NCBI GenBank assembly: GCA_051532035.1
Contig: JAOPTW010000056.1
Location: 6,571-70,570, forward strand
Direction: 5' to 3'
DNA from: Fibrobacterales bacterium
Lineage (GTDB): Bacteria > Fibrobacterota > Fibrobacteria > Fibrobacterales > JAOPTW01
DNA length: 64,000 nucleotides
Below, one piece after another: positions 45,961 through 56,323 of this stretch; the first letter of the stretch is position 1; each line of letters opens with the position of its first letter. A model generated the notes under the pieces. That model was not told the origin of the DNA. It ran no database searches and saw nothing but the letters and a program-made list of their open reading frames with translations. Made by a program: the position numbers and the translations under genes.

Positions 45961-47748
45961 TTACTCCCCTTGTTTTTCTCTTACGTTAATATGTATATCA
46001 AGAAGTTGCATTGGGTCAACATTTGATGGGGCTTGATCCATCGGCGAGTTTGCAGTTGAATTTTTAGGAAATGCAATAAAGTCTCTGATTGATTCTTCAT
46101 TTTCCATTGTTGCAACCATACGATCGACACCAATAGCAAAGCCAGCATGAGGAGGTGCACCATATTGGAACGCCTCAACAAAGAAACCAAATTTTTCTTC
46201 AACTTCTTCATCGGTCAGACTGAGCGCTTTAAATACTTGTTGTTGTACTTCTGGGTCATGAATCCGTTCAGAACCTGATCCGAGTTCAACGCCATTGAGT
46301 ACAAGGTCATATGATTTTGAAAGGAGGCCATCAAATTCACCCTTAACCATTTTCTCAAGATCTTCTGGATAAAGGTTTGTGAATGGATGGTGCATTGCTT
46401 GATATTTCTTGTCAGCTTCTTTATATTCAAACATAGGGAAGTCAACAATCCAAACAAAATTCTTTTCATCAGGGCTCGCAAGACCTTTCATTTTTGCAAT
46501 TTCAGTTCTGAGGTGACCCATTGATTGTGCGGCAAGTTTTTCACGTGCAGCAACAAAGAAAAGCATGTCACCTGGTTTTCCACCACAGGCATCACGGAGT
46601 TGTTCAAGTTGGCCTTCTTTAAAGAATTTACCTACTTGACTCTCAACTGAACCATCTTCTTTAACGCGCATCCAAACAAGGCCCTTTGCGCCATATTTTC
46701 CAACAAATTTTGTGAGTTCGTCAATAGTCTTACGAGTAAAATCAACACAGCCTGTTGCTGCCATACCACGAATAACACCACCTGAGGCTACAACATTTTT
46801 GAATACACCGAAATCTGATTCTGCACCAATTTCTGATACATCATGAATTTCAAGATCATAACGGAGGTCAGGTTTATCTGAACCATATTTAAGCATTGCC
46901 TCAGCATAAGCCATTTTTGGGATTTCCGTAGGGATTGTCGCTTCTGGCCAAACCTTTGGGATTACCTCTTGGATGTACTGAGAAAAAGTATTCATCACAT
47001 CATCTTGTGATGAAAAAGCCATCTCAACATCAATTTGAGTAAACTCTGGTTGGCGGTCTGCACGAAGGTCTTCATCGCGGAAACATTTGGCGATTTGAAA
47101 GTATTTATCATACCCGGCAATCATCAAAATCTGTTTGTACACCTGTGGAGATTGAGGAAGTGCATAGAATTTACCGTGGTGAAGACGACTCGGAACTAAA
47201 AAGTCACGGGCACCTTCTGGGGTAGATTTGCAAAGTACTGGAGTCTCAATATCTTCAAAACCATTGTCGTAGAAAAATGCACGGGTTTCATGCTGATACT
47301 TTGACTTGAGCATGATCTTTTTTTGAATCCAAGGACGACGAAGATCGAGATAGCGATATTTCAATTTTACTTCATCATTTTCTTTAGAAACTTCATTGTG
47401 GTCATTGATAGAGAGTGGTGGGTTTTTTGCTTTGTTCAAAATTTCAAGGTTATTTACAAAACACTCAATTTCACCAGTTTCAAGTTTATTGTTAGCCATA
47501 CCGTCAAGACGGAGACGAACGTCACATTCAACCGCAACTACAAATTCATTACGAAGGGTGTCTGCAATTTTGTGAATTTCGGGATTGTGCTCAGGGTTAA
47601 ATACCACTTGAGTTTTACCAAATTTATCACGCAGATCAATAAAAATAACGCCACCAAGATCACGACGTCTATCAACCCAACCCATAAGAGTTACGGTTTC
47701 GCCATTGTGTGCAGCACGTAATTCACCACAGTTATGTGTTCTTTTCAT
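45961..47748 (-). CDS. aspS: aspartyl-tRNA synthetase (bacterial type)
   Basis: 595 aa. The N-terminus MKRTHNCGELR...GWV..RRDLGG.IFIDLRD is an anticodon-binding OB fold. Class II motifs FRDEDLRADRQPEFTQID and GFAIGVDR. Confidence 0.95.
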   Translation of the reverse strand: MKRTHNCGELRAAHNGETVTLMGWVDRRRDLGGVIFIDLRDKFGKTQVVFNPEHNPEIHKIADTLRNEFVVAVECDVRLRLDGMANNKLETGEIECFVNNLEILNKAKNPPLSINDHNEVSKENDEVKLKYRYLDLRRPWIQKKIMLKSKYQHETRAFFYDNGFEDIETPVLCKSTPEGARDFLVPSRLHHGKFYALPQSPQVYKQILMIAGYDKYFQIAKCFRDEDLRADRQPEFTQIDVEMAFSSQDDVMNTFSQYIQEVIPKVWPEATIPTEIPKMAYAEAMLKYGSDKPDLRYDLEIHDVSEIGAESDFGVFKNVVASGGVIRGMAATGCVDFTRKTIDELTKFVGKYGAKGLVWMRVKEDGSVESQVGKFFKEGQLEQLRDACGGKPGDMLFFVAAREKLAAQSMGHLRTEIAKMKGLASPDEKNFVWIVDFPMFEYKEADKKYQAMHHPFTNLYPEDLEKMVKGEFDGLLSKSYDLVLNGVELGSGSERIHDPEVQQQVFKALSLTDEEVEEKFGFFVEAFQYGAPPHAGFAIGVDRMVATMENEESIRDFIAFPKNSTANSPMDQAPSNVDPMQLLDIHINVREKQGE

Positions 47749-47870
47749 GGAAGTTCCAAAGATTTAAGTTTTTCGGGGCAAAATATAGGAAAAAAAGGGG
47801 GAGACCTGTATGGGGAAAGCCGTAATAGAGGCTAAAGAGAACAATTGATTACGGAGACAGGGGTAATAAG

Positions 47871-47899
47871 AATTCCCTGGAGAATAATTCCAGGGAATT
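47871..47899 (-). terminator. hairpin downstream of yicC
   Basis: AATTCCCTGGA-GAATAAT-TCCAGGGAATT is an 11-bp stem. Confidence 0.55.
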
Positions 47900-47916
47900 T
47901 GACGTTTCTCTACAAA

Positions 47917-48798
47917 TTAGAGGATATTCAGTACTTGTTCTTTAATAGTCTCAATTTCTTCTTTGAGAATCACAGTGCGGTGTGACATTTCTGGAAAATT
48001 ACTTTTGGTTCCTAAGGTATTTGCCTCTCTTAGCAACTCTTGTAAAAGAAAGTTGAGTTTTTTACCGTGGGGCCCATTGCTTTTTAAGGCAGATTTAAAT
48101 GCTTTTATGTGTGATTCGAATCGTACAATCTCTTCGGTAACATCAATTTTGTCTGCAATGATCGATATCTCTTGAATGAGTCTGTTTTCATCGAGGGTCG
48201 CTTTACCCATCAGTTCTTCAACTCGTTTTAACAGTTTATCACGGGTATCTTTTGCGCGCTTTGGGGTTAGTTTTTTAATTTCTTTAAGTGTAGAGTCCAT
48301 GAGGTCAATACGTGCAAGAATATCTTTTTTAAGGTTGTCACCTTCGGCACTTCTCATTTCAATAAGCTGTTTAAGAGCTTCGTTGAGCTGTTTTTTTACC
48401 TGTTTTGCTAAGAGATCACCATTGAGTTCAGTTTTGCTGTAGGTTATTAAATCTTGAAGTTGAAGGATTTGATCAATAGTCACTTCTCCTGGGATCTTGT
48501 GAGCTTTTTGAATATCTGTAGCAATTTTGAGATAGGATTTAACAAGTGCTTTATTGTATCCTGCAGGTATGAGACTTGGTGTTTCACTTGAAATATTTAT
48601 TGAAAGACTTACTGAGCCACGAATCAATTTTTGTTGAATTAATTTTTTGAACTCATTTTCGTAGGGAGATAGCGTACGAGGGATGCGAAGATTACTTTCA
48701 AGGTAGCGATTGTTGACGCTTTTTAGTTCAAGAGATATTTCCATATCTTTGTAGCGAGTTTCGCTTTTTCCAAAACCTGTCATACTCTGTAGTGCCAT
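47917..48798 (-). CDS. yicC: YicC family stress-induced endoribonuclease-type protein
   Basis: MTGFGK...SVNNRYLE at the N-terminus and a DUF1732-like C-terminus (LLQELLREANTLGTKS). Confidence 0.85.
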   Translation of the reverse strand: MALQSMTGFGKSETRYKDMEISLELKSVNNRYLESNLRIPRTLSPYENEFKKLIQQKLIRGSVSLSINISSETPSLIPAGYNKALVKSYLKIATDIQKAHKIPGEVTIDQILQLQDLITYSKTELNGDLLAKQVKKQLNEALKQLIEMRSAEGDNLKKDILARIDLMDSTLKEIKKLTPKRAKDTRDKLLKRVEELMGKATLDENRLIQEISIIADKIDVTEEIVRFESHIKAFKSALKSNGPHGKKLNFLLQELLREANTLGTKSNFPEMSHRTVILKEEIETIKEQVLNIL

Positions 48799-48925
48799 GT
48801 GGGATCGCCTTTTATTACGCTTTTCTTATATGTTGCACATAAGATATTAATTATTGCGTTATTCGTCGTTAAAAAGTGTGTTTTAGAGAGCTCTCAGTAC
48901 TATTTGTCTGCTCAAAAGGGAAAGA

Positions 48926-50215
48926 TTATTCCGGAATTATTTCGGCGAAGAGTCCAAAAATATCAGGAGTTGTTACACGGACTTTTATCTTTTCGCCCAG
49001 TGCATGAGTACTTTTTAGGACAACAGGCTTATATGATGAGTTTCTACCGACGGCATCTCCTTGACGAGATATCTCATCAATGACAATAGTTCCCTCCCAG
49101 TTAACCCATTTTTTGTTGTTTTCAAAGGCAACCTTTTTAAACTCTTCTGTTAAAATGCGGCTTCGGTTCTTTTTCTCATGGATGTGGATCTGATCGGGGA
49201 ATTTTTGAGCTGCGGTTTTCTCGCGAGGTACAAACCGGGTTCGATTACATACCGAAGGTTTAGTAGAGCGAATAAGATTGAGGGTGTCTTCAAAGTCTTG
49301 TTCGGTTTCGCCTGGGAATCCAACGATAATATCTGTTGATAATGTGAGCTCGGGTATTTCTTTGCGAATAGTATCTACAAGAAATATGTAGTCTTCGACA
49401 GAGTGTTTGCGCTTCATTGATTCAAGAACGGTGTTACTTCCACTCTGAACCGATAGATGGATAAATTTAAACACCTTTGGGTGTTTCATTGCTTCGATAA
49501 GTTCGTCGATATAGCTGAGAAGGTGGCGGGGGTTACCCATACCGATGCGTACCATAAAATCACCAGGGAGGGCTATCACCGCTGTAACCAATTTCGCGAG
49601 ATTGGTGTCGATATCAAAGCCATAGCATGCGGCATCTTGGCCGGTCAACCATATCTCTTTACAGCCATCAGCAATACATGCTTCCACTTCTTCGAGGATG
49701 TTTTTTACTGGGTAACTATAGTGCTTCCCTTTAACGAGTACTGTAGAACAAAATGAACAGTTGTCGAGGCAGCCTGCAGATACAGGAACAATACCAACCA
49801 CAGGATTGGTGCGTACTTTGGGTTTGTTTACTTTAACTTGTTTTTCAACCTTAAAATCCTCGACTACGGATCCCTCAAATGTCTCAGAGATAGTGTTCGC
49901 AATTTTGTTGAGGTTATTAGTTGTGGTAAGGGAAGCTGATGGGTCAACTTCGTGAACGAGACGTCCAAGTTCTTTAGTGACACAGCCACTGAGGACAATT
50001 TTCTTATGAGGGTACTCTGCACGTAATTTACGAACGCGTTTTACGATTTCAGAATTACCTTTAACCGTACAGACATTAAGAATGATCATATCTGCATCAT
50101 CATCTGTTTGAGCAACAGTGTAGTCGTTTTGAATGAGGCCGTTAATAATTTCACCTTCACCCATATTGAGGCTACAGCCATAACTTTTTAGGTGGATCGA
50201 TTTAGTTTGTTTCAT
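48926..50215 (-). CDS. MiaB/MtaB-family radical-SAM tRNA methylthiotransferase
   Basis: UPF0004 N-domain (LKSYGCSLNMGEGE), radical SAM CLDNCSFC and a C-terminal TRAM-like domain. 429 aa. Confidence 0.8.
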   Translation of the reverse strand: MKQTKSIHLKSYGCSLNMGEGEIINGLIQNDYTVAQTDDDADMIILNVCTVKGNSEIVKRVRKLRAEYPHKKIVLSGCVTKELGRLVHEVDPSASLTTTNNLNKIANTISETFEGSVVEDFKVEKQVKVNKPKVRTNPVVGIVPVSAGCLDNCSFCSTVLVKGKHYSYPVKNILEEVEACIADGCKEIWLTGQDAACYGFDIDTNLAKLVTAVIALPGDFMVRIGMGNPRHLLSYIDELIEAMKHPKVFKFIHLSVQSGSNTVLESMKRKHSVEDYIFLVDTIRKEIPELTLSTDIIVGFPGETEQDFEDTLNLIRSTKPSVCNRTRFVPREKTAAQKFPDQIHIHEKKNRSRILTEEFKKVAFENNKKWVNWEGTIVIDEISRQGDAVGRNSSYKPVVLKSTHALGEKIKVRVTTPDIFGLFAEIIPE

Positions 50216-50440
50216 CTGCTACGGTTTTTTAAAGAGTGTGCCAAAGATAGTAAATAATATAATGACCATTTCTGAATTTTGAGTTCCCCTTGGTTCATGA
50301 GTAAGATATTACAAACTCTCTCTCCTGTGGGGCCTAAAAAAGGGGCGAGAAAGTGTGGGTTCTTGCTTTTCTTCCCAAAATGGCCATTAATTCTTATATT
50401 TGAAGCAAATATCTCAAACCTTATAACAATTGGATTGTTC

Positions 50441-51463
50441 ATGAAAAAAATCGCACTCGTTATTGCGTTATTACTTGTGACTTTTGCACAAGCTCAACTT
50501 CTTAATACCTCTGGAATGCCTGTATTCAAAGTGGGTGCTATGGAATTTTCAAAAGGGAAAATTGATACCATGATTTTGGTAATCGAGGAGCAACAAAAGA
50601 TGTCTTCTGGTGGACAACAGTTGCCACCTGGCGCTCGTGAGCAGATTAAATATACTGTGGTTAAAAATATAGTCGGAGCTGAGCTTCTAAAATTAGAGGC
50701 TGTATCTAAAAAACTTAAACCAAAACAGTCTACTGTTGATAGTCTATACGAGTCACAAATGGCACTCTATGTGAACAAATTAAAAAGCAAAGAGAATGTT
50801 GAAAAATACCTTGCACAGCAGGGAATCACACTTAATGACATCAAAGAAAAAGTAAAAGAGTCTGTGGTAAGTGATCAATTATTAAAAAAAGTGGTCTCTG
50901 AACCAGGAATTCCTACTGAAAAAGATATCAAAGGGTATTACACCAAACATAAAAAAGAACTCCCTATTAATGATACCATCAGTGGTTTTCAGATTCTTCT
51001 TAAAACAACAAAAGCTGAGACTAAAGAGAGCAAAGAGACAAAGAAAGAGTTTCTCAATGGTTTAAGTGCACAAGTTAAAATGGGTAAAGCACAGTTTGAC
51101 CGTCTTGCTGCACAGCACTCTGATGATGACGCTGCAAAGAGAAATGGTGGTCATATGGGACGCTTTACATTGAAAGATATGAAACCTCAGTTTGCAAAAG
51201 CGGTTCGTGGCCTTAAAGTTGGTCAGATTACTAAAGCATTTGAAACACCACTTGGCATTCATATTTTCTATCTCTTTGAAAAAAATGATGGCAAATTAGA
51301 GTCGTATAAAGAGTTGATTGCTCAAGCTATTTATCAAGAAGAGATGATGAAACGCCAAAGTAAAGTTGAAGAGTATTTAAAATCTCTTGAGAAGAAATTT
51401 CCTGTGGTCTACTATGATAAATCATATGACCCTGCGGCACTCTCAATTCCAGGACTTAGATAG
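50441..51463 (+). CDS. periplasmic parvulin-type peptidyl-prolyl isomerase (SurA/PrsA-like)
   Basis: Start at ATG 50441 gives signal peptide MKKIALVIALLLVTFAQA. PpiC/rotamase motifs HSDDDAAKRNGGHMGRF and TPLGIHIFYL. Confidence 0.7.
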   Translation: MKKIALVIALLLVTFAQAQLLNTSGMPVFKVGAMEFSKGKIDTMILVIEEQQKMSSGGQQLPPGAREQIKYTVVKNIVGAELLKLEAVSKKLKPKQSTVDSLYESQMALYVNKLKSKENVEKYLAQQGITLNDIKEKVKESVVSDQLLKKVVSEPGIPTEKDIKGYYTKHKKELPINDTISGFQILLKTTKAETKESKETKKEFLNGLSAQVKMGKAQFDRLAAQHSDDDAAKRNGGHMGRFTLKDMKPQFAKAVRGLKVGQITKAFETPLGIHIFYLFEKNDGKLESYKELIAQAIYQEEMMKRQSKVEEYLKSLEKKFPVVYYDKSYDPAALSIPGLR

Positions 51464-51464
51464 T

Positions 51465-52554
51465 ATGGCATTACAAGTATTTACCGAGATCACAGAACGA
51501 CTCGGAAATTTACGGAGGTATCTTTGACCTGGACACAATGCGTGAACAGGTAAAAGTGATGGAGCAGGATTCAACTGCTCCAGATTTCTGGGATAATAAC
51601 GAAAAAGCTCAGACTCATTTAAAAAAAATTAAGACCTTGAAAGATTGGATTGAACCCTGGGATCAAGTCAGTGGTGATAGTGACGATTTCTCAGAAATGT
51701 ATGACCTCGCGAAAGAAGAGGGTGATGCTGAAACAATGGACTCAATCTTACATGATGTAGAGTCTATGAAGAAAACACTCTCTGAATTAGAACTGCGTAG
51801 AATGCTCAGTGGCGAAGATGATGACAAAGCTGCTGTCATGACTATTAACCCTGGTTCTGGTGGTACCGAGTCACAAGATTGGGCAGAGATGCTTGTTCGT
51901 ATGTACCGTCGCTTTTTTGAAAAAGAAGGCATGAACTGTAAGGTGCTTGAATATCAAGAAGGTGAAGAAGCGGGAATAAAGTCGGTAACGATGGAGATTG
52001 ACTCTGAATATGCATATGGGTATCTTCGCTCCGAAGTAGGAGTTCATCGGTTAGTGCGTATTTCACCATTTGATTCAAATGCACGACGGCATACCTCATT
52101 TGCTGGGGTCTTTTTATATCCGATACTCGAAGATATTGATTTTGACATTCAAGACAGTGATGTACGGGTTGATACCTACAGGGCGAGTGGTGCTGGTGGA
52201 CAGCATATTAATAAAACAGACTCTGCGGTACGTATGACACATATTCCAACAGGTAAAGTGTCGACTTGTCAAAGTGAGCGTTCACAGATACAGAATAGAG
52301 AGAAGGCCAAAAAAATTCTTGAAACGATTGTCTATCAGCATTATCGTGATGAAGAAGAGGCTAAGCGAGATTCAAAGCTTGCAGAAAAGAAAAAAATTGA
52401 GTGGGGGAGTCAAATACGCAATTATGTTTTGCATCCCTACACTATGGTAAAAGATGCGAGAACAGCAACAGAGAGTTCTGATGCAAGTGGTGTTCTCGAT
52501 GGAAATATAAAGAACTTTATAGAGTCTTATTTACTGGCAACAGGAGAAGAGTAA
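51465..52554 (+). CDS. prfB: peptide chain release factor 2, requiring programmed +1 frameshift at 51522-51528
   Basis: Frame 0 reads ATG 51465 ... CGG AGG TAT CTT TGA. A +1 shift at CTT-T-GAC joins the 51538 ORF frame. SPF and GGQ motifs are present. lysS follows immediately, as in the prfB-lysS operon. Confidence 0.92.
51513..51528 (+). promoter_or_regulatory. RF2 autoregulatory +1 frameshift site (SD-like GGAGG + CTT TGA C)
   Basis: CGGAGGTATCTTTGAC, compared with the E. coli site AGGGGGTATCTTTGAC. Confidence 0.9.
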
Positions 52555-52555
52555 C

Positions 52556-54058
52556 ATGGCAATGGAAAAAAATGATCAGGTAGAGGCGCGGTTAGTTAAA
52601 CTAGAGAAATATCGTGAGATGGGGGTAAATCCTTATCCCTATAAGTTTGACATGTCTCATAGTTCTAAACAACTTTTCGATGAACGAGAGTCATTGAACG
52701 ATTCAGAGACCGTTGTGAGTTTTGCAGGCCGTGTTGTCCGGTATAATCGTAAGGGCAAAATGTGTTTTATGCATTTGAAAGATCAATTTGGTAGAATGCA
52801 GGTTGTCGCTGCAAAAAATCTTGTTGGTGAAGAGAACTATGAAGTAGTAAAACTCTTTGATATTGGAGACTGGGTTGGTGTTGAAGGGACTTTATTTACC
52901 ACTCAGAAGGGTGAATATAGTGTTAAAGCAACAAACATGCAGATCCTTTCAAAGGCGGTACGCCCCCTTCCTATTCCTAAAGAAAAGAGAAATGAAGATG
53001 GTACCGTTACCGTGTTTGATGAATTTAAAGATGTTGAGACACGGTATCGTCAGCGCTATATTGATCTTACCTTAAACGATTCAGTACGTGAGGTGTTTTT
53101 TAAACGTACCAAAATAGTTCAATCAATTCGTGACTATCTTATCGGCTTTAATTACATGGAGGTTGAAACTCCCGTTCTCCAATCGATTTATGGTGGAGCG
53201 AATGCACGTCCATTTACTACTCATCACAATGCTGCAGGTCTTGAACTTTATATGCGTGTTTCAAATGAGCTTTATTTGAAACGTTGTATCGTTGGTGGAC
53301 TCGAACGGGTATTTGAGTTTGCAAAAGATTTTAGAAATGAAGGAATGGATAAAACCCATAATCCTGAATTTACTCTTCTTGAATTTTATGAAGCGTACGC
53401 CGATTATAATGATATGATGGTACACTTTGAGACGATTTATGAAAAAGCCTGTATCGCTGCAAATGGTACAACAAAAATTAATTTTCAAGGCCAAGAGATT
53501 GATGTTAAAGCACCATGGCCACGGTTAACCTGTTACGAAGCAATTGAAAAATTTGCAGATATTAAGGTTGAAGCGTTAAGCGATGATGAGTTAAAAGGCG
53601 AAATCGATAAACATGAAATTCATATGGATGGAGAGTTTTCTCGAGGACGTGCAATATTGGCTCTCTTTGAAGAGCTCTGTGAAGATAAGCTGATTCAACC
53701 ACACTTCATAATTGATTTTCCTAAAGAGTCTACACCACTCTGTAAGGTACACCGTTCAAATCCTGATTTGGTTGAACAGTTTGAGCCATACATCAATGGT
53801 TGGGAAGTGGGTAATGCCTACTCTGAGCTTAATGACCCAATTAAACAACGTGAAGCATTTGAAGATCAAGTTGAACGAGGTCGCGGTGGTGAAGATGAAA
53901 CACACCCTCTTGATGAAAACTTCTTGCACTCAATTGAAAGTGGTATGCCACCAACAGGTGGGGTAGGTATTGGTATAGACCGAATGGTGATGCTCTTAAC
54001 GGATTCGCCAACGATTCGAGATGTACTCCTCTTTCCACTTATGAAACCGGAATCATAA
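52556..54058 (+). CDS. lysS: lysyl-tRNA synthetase, class II
   Basis: 500 aa with an OB-fold N-domain. Class II motifs FRNEGMDKTHNPEFT, and GGVGIGIDR close to the C-terminus. Confidence 0.95.
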   Translation: MAMEKNDQVEARLVKLEKYREMGVNPYPYKFDMSHSSKQLFDERESLNDSETVVSFAGRVVRYNRKGKMCFMHLKDQFGRMQVVAAKNLVGEENYEVVKLFDIGDWVGVEGTLFTTQKGEYSVKATNMQILSKAVRPLPIPKEKRNEDGTVTVFDEFKDVETRYRQRYIDLTLNDSVREVFFKRTKIVQSIRDYLIGFNYMEVETPVLQSIYGGANARPFTTHHNAAGLELYMRVSNELYLKRCIVGGLERVFEFAKDFRNEGMDKTHNPEFTLLEFYEAYADYNDMMVHFETIYEKACIAANGTTKINFQGQEIDVKAPWPRLTCYEAIEKFADIKVEALSDDELKGEIDKHEIHMDGEFSRGRAILALFEELCEDKLIQPHFIIDFPKESTPLCKVHRSNPDLVEQFEPYINGWEVGNAYSELNDPIKQREAFEDQVERGRGGEDETHPLDENFLHSIESGMPPTGGVGIGIDRMVMLLTDSPTIRDVLLFPLMKPES

Positions 54059-54093
54059 AAAAAGCGACTCTCTATTCAGAGAGTCGCTTTTTT
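54057..54093. terminator. bidirectional intrinsic terminator
   Basis: AGCGACTCTCT-ATTC-AGAGAGTCGCT is an 11-bp stem (54063-54088) with A-run and T-run flanks. Confidence 0.85.
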
Positions 54094-54105
54094 ATGAGTA
54101 TTTTT

Positions 54106-54507
54106 TTAAAAGTTCATACTTGCTGGAGGGGGTGAACCACCCCAAGGGTCGCCTTCAAAGCTCGCTACTACAAGAGGTACCTGACCTAAAATCTTCTTCT
54201 CAGATGCTTTAAAAATAATGCGTGTTACCAGTTTCCCCTTCTTGGTATAGTACTCCCAAACGTGACCATTTTTCTTCTCAATATCTGGTGGTCCCCATAA
54301 GAAACGTACTAATACTTGAGTCATGCCTTCAACGGCATACCCTTTAAGAAAAGCATTTTTAATTTTCTGGTCAACTCCATATCCTTCTTGTTTTACTTCG
54401 TAGGGTCGCTCATCTGGTGCAACGCCACGTTTTGCAAGAATAGGTGATTTGTGTGATGAACAGCCGAGAAATAAGAATATTCCTGAGATAAGAATAGCTA
54501 GTTTCAT
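54106..54507 (-). CDS. lipoprotein, BamE/SmpA-OmlA-like
   Basis: Lipobox LFLGCSS. GMTQVLVRFLWGPPD....HVWEYY resembles the SmpA/OmlA fold signature. Confidence 0.4.
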   Translation of the reverse strand: MKLAILISGIFLFLGCSSHKSPILAKRGVAPDERPYEVKQEGYGVDQKIKNAFLKGYAVEGMTQVLVRFLWGPPDIEKKNGHVWEYYTKKGKLVTRIIFKASEKKILGQVPLVVASFEGDPWGGSPPPASMNF

Positions 54508-54737
54508 TCAGTCTCCTTTAGCTCGATAGCAAGTGTATGTTTCTTGTTTGTGTTTCATAATATATTAAATTCGGATCTCATGTGCTCTCTAAACAACTAT
54601 TTTTCTGAGTCACTCTTATTGTTTGTTGATTAGAGTAAGTGAAAGTGACCTTGAATCAGGTTTTTAGAAGACTCCTTCTGTGAATCACTGGTGAATAAAG
54701 TACATTTTGATGAAAGTATTCCGAGTACCCTAAGTAT

Positions 54738-55676
54738 ATGCATTGTAGATATTTTATTGTAATTGTATTCATCACGGTATCAGTTACCTTTGCTCAGAGA
54801 TTTGAATCATTTCGCCAGCTTTCATTTGGCAATAATCTATCGACTGAACTGTTTTTAGGATCTTCGCCTTATGTGATGAAGACCCTTCCTGATGTAGATA
54901 TGAATCTTTCTTATACATGGATTGAACCGACATTTCAAAAGAGTCACTGGTTATTAAGAGAGTCTCATTTGCGCTTTGGTATTGACTATACTCAATCTCC
55001 GTGGTTTTCTCGAATTGGTACAGACCTCGGTATTAAAATATCAGAATTTTTTGAATTTCAAATTGGGTATTCATCGCTCTTTTATCTGCAAAGTAGTATT
55101 GAACTTGCGCCTTCAGAGAATAGGGTGCAGAAGTGGAATAGTGAGTTAGTTCGTGAATCCCTGTATCAACGAGATGCTTTTGATAATCTACAAGCGGTTA
55201 ACTCAAAGGCTCGGTTTACACTTGACTATACTGAATGGCTTTTTGTTGCTGAGATAGAACACTTACTTATTGATATTAATACCAGTAACAATGGGTATAA
55301 TTATGATTTCTATTATGGAATACCGGTGTATGAGCGAGATCAAGTGGTAACCCTTATCATTGACTTTCGGTATAATATATTAGAAAGCCCTTTTGACCTC
55401 TTTATTAGCAATCGTTATGTAAGTAAAGGATTTAAAAATGGCCTTTGGAAACGGTATGATGATACGGGACTGAATAAGAATTCATATAGGATAGGTACTA
55501 TCTACCATCTTGACTCTAGAGGGAGTTGTAATCGGTTTATTTTTGGTGTTGATATTGTCTATAAAAATTCAGAATATCTAGACGAACAAAATCATCTTGT
55601 GCGTAACGAAGTGACAGGCAAAGATAAATACTATATCTATTTAGCCTATCAGAATGATCTTCCTTTTCTTAATTAG
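54738..55676 (+). CDS. hypothetical secreted protein, probably an outer-membrane beta-barrel
   Basis: 312 aa with signal peptide ..VSVTFA/QR. Tyr/Phe-rich alternating segments. C-terminal sequence YLAYQNDLPFLN. Confidence 0.35.
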   Translation: MHCRYFIVIVFITVSVTFAQRFESFRQLSFGNNLSTELFLGSSPYVMKTLPDVDMNLSYTWIEPTFQKSHWLLRESHLRFGIDYTQSPWFSRIGTDLGIKISEFFEFQIGYSSLFYLQSSIELAPSENRVQKWNSELVRESLYQRDAFDNLQAVNSKARFTLDYTEWLFVAEIEHLLIDINTSNNGYNYDFYYGIPVYERDQVVTLIIDFRYNILESPFDLFISNRYVSKGFKNGLWKRYDDTGLNKNSYRIGTIYHLDSRGSCNRFIFGVDIVYKNSEYLDEQNHLVRNEVTGKDKYYIYLAYQNDLPFLN

Positions 55677-55684
55677 TAAAAGAG

Positions 55685-56323
55685 TTACTTTCTAGAAAGA
55701 AGTAGCTTTAATAGTGCATCTCTTGTATTTACTGCAATATTTTCAATATGGATAATTGCACGTTTCGAACTGTTATTAACATCCTCAACGCGTATGGTTT
55801 GAGGAACTCGGTATCCATGAAAATCATTATAGTCTGAGAAGGTCATGATTTTGCTCAGCTCTTTCTTATGTGAGTAGAGTTTTAAGGAGTTGGGGCGAGT
55901 AATAACCTTTGTATATGATGATGAGTAAGTGAATACTGAATCATTTTTTGGGAGCCCAAAATTAAACTCTGTTATGAGTCGAAGGTCTTCTAACTGTAAA
56001 ACTGAACCCATGAGTGACTCTCTAAAATGGTGTAAGGCAAGAAGTCGGTAGGCATCTGCATCTTCAAATTCATGACGAACGAGGAGTGAATCGAAAATTA
56101 TTCTTTCGTGTACTCTGCCATTAGTGTCTTTAATGATGAATTGATCTTTCGGTTGGTGATTGGTATGTTCCCAATAAATAAAAAATTTATGATAGAGCAT
56201 GTTGTCGTCAAAATATTCCACTGATGCCACAGCTGACGTCTCGAGAGGAGGCCATTTGTCTAACGACCCCGATGCATTGAGGATAGAAAAAGTGAATACG
56301 ATCAGAATGAGTAGTTTTATCAT
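55685..56323 (-). CDS. hypothetical secreted protein (LolA-like / lipoprotein-sorting fold possible)
   Basis: 212 aa with a signal peptide. No motif recognised. Confidence 0.3.
   Translation of the reverse strand: MIKLLILIVFTFSILNASGSLDKWPPLETSAVASVEYFDDNMLYHKFFIYWEHTNHQPKDQFIIKDTNGRVHERIIFDSLLVRHEFEDADAYRLLALHHFRESLMGSVLQLEDLRLITEFNFGLPKNDSVFTYSSSYTKVITRPNSLKLYSHKKELSKIMTFSDYNDFHGYRVPQTIRVEDVNNSSKRAIIHIENIAVNTRDALLKLLLSRK

Noticed and set aside
48799-49083. 94-aa plus-strand ORF between yicC and the MiaB-family gene
   Set aside because: Most of it is antisense to the 3' end of the methylthiotransferase gene. It has no RBS and no motif. The true intergenic part (48799-48925) is only a promoter/terminator spacer.
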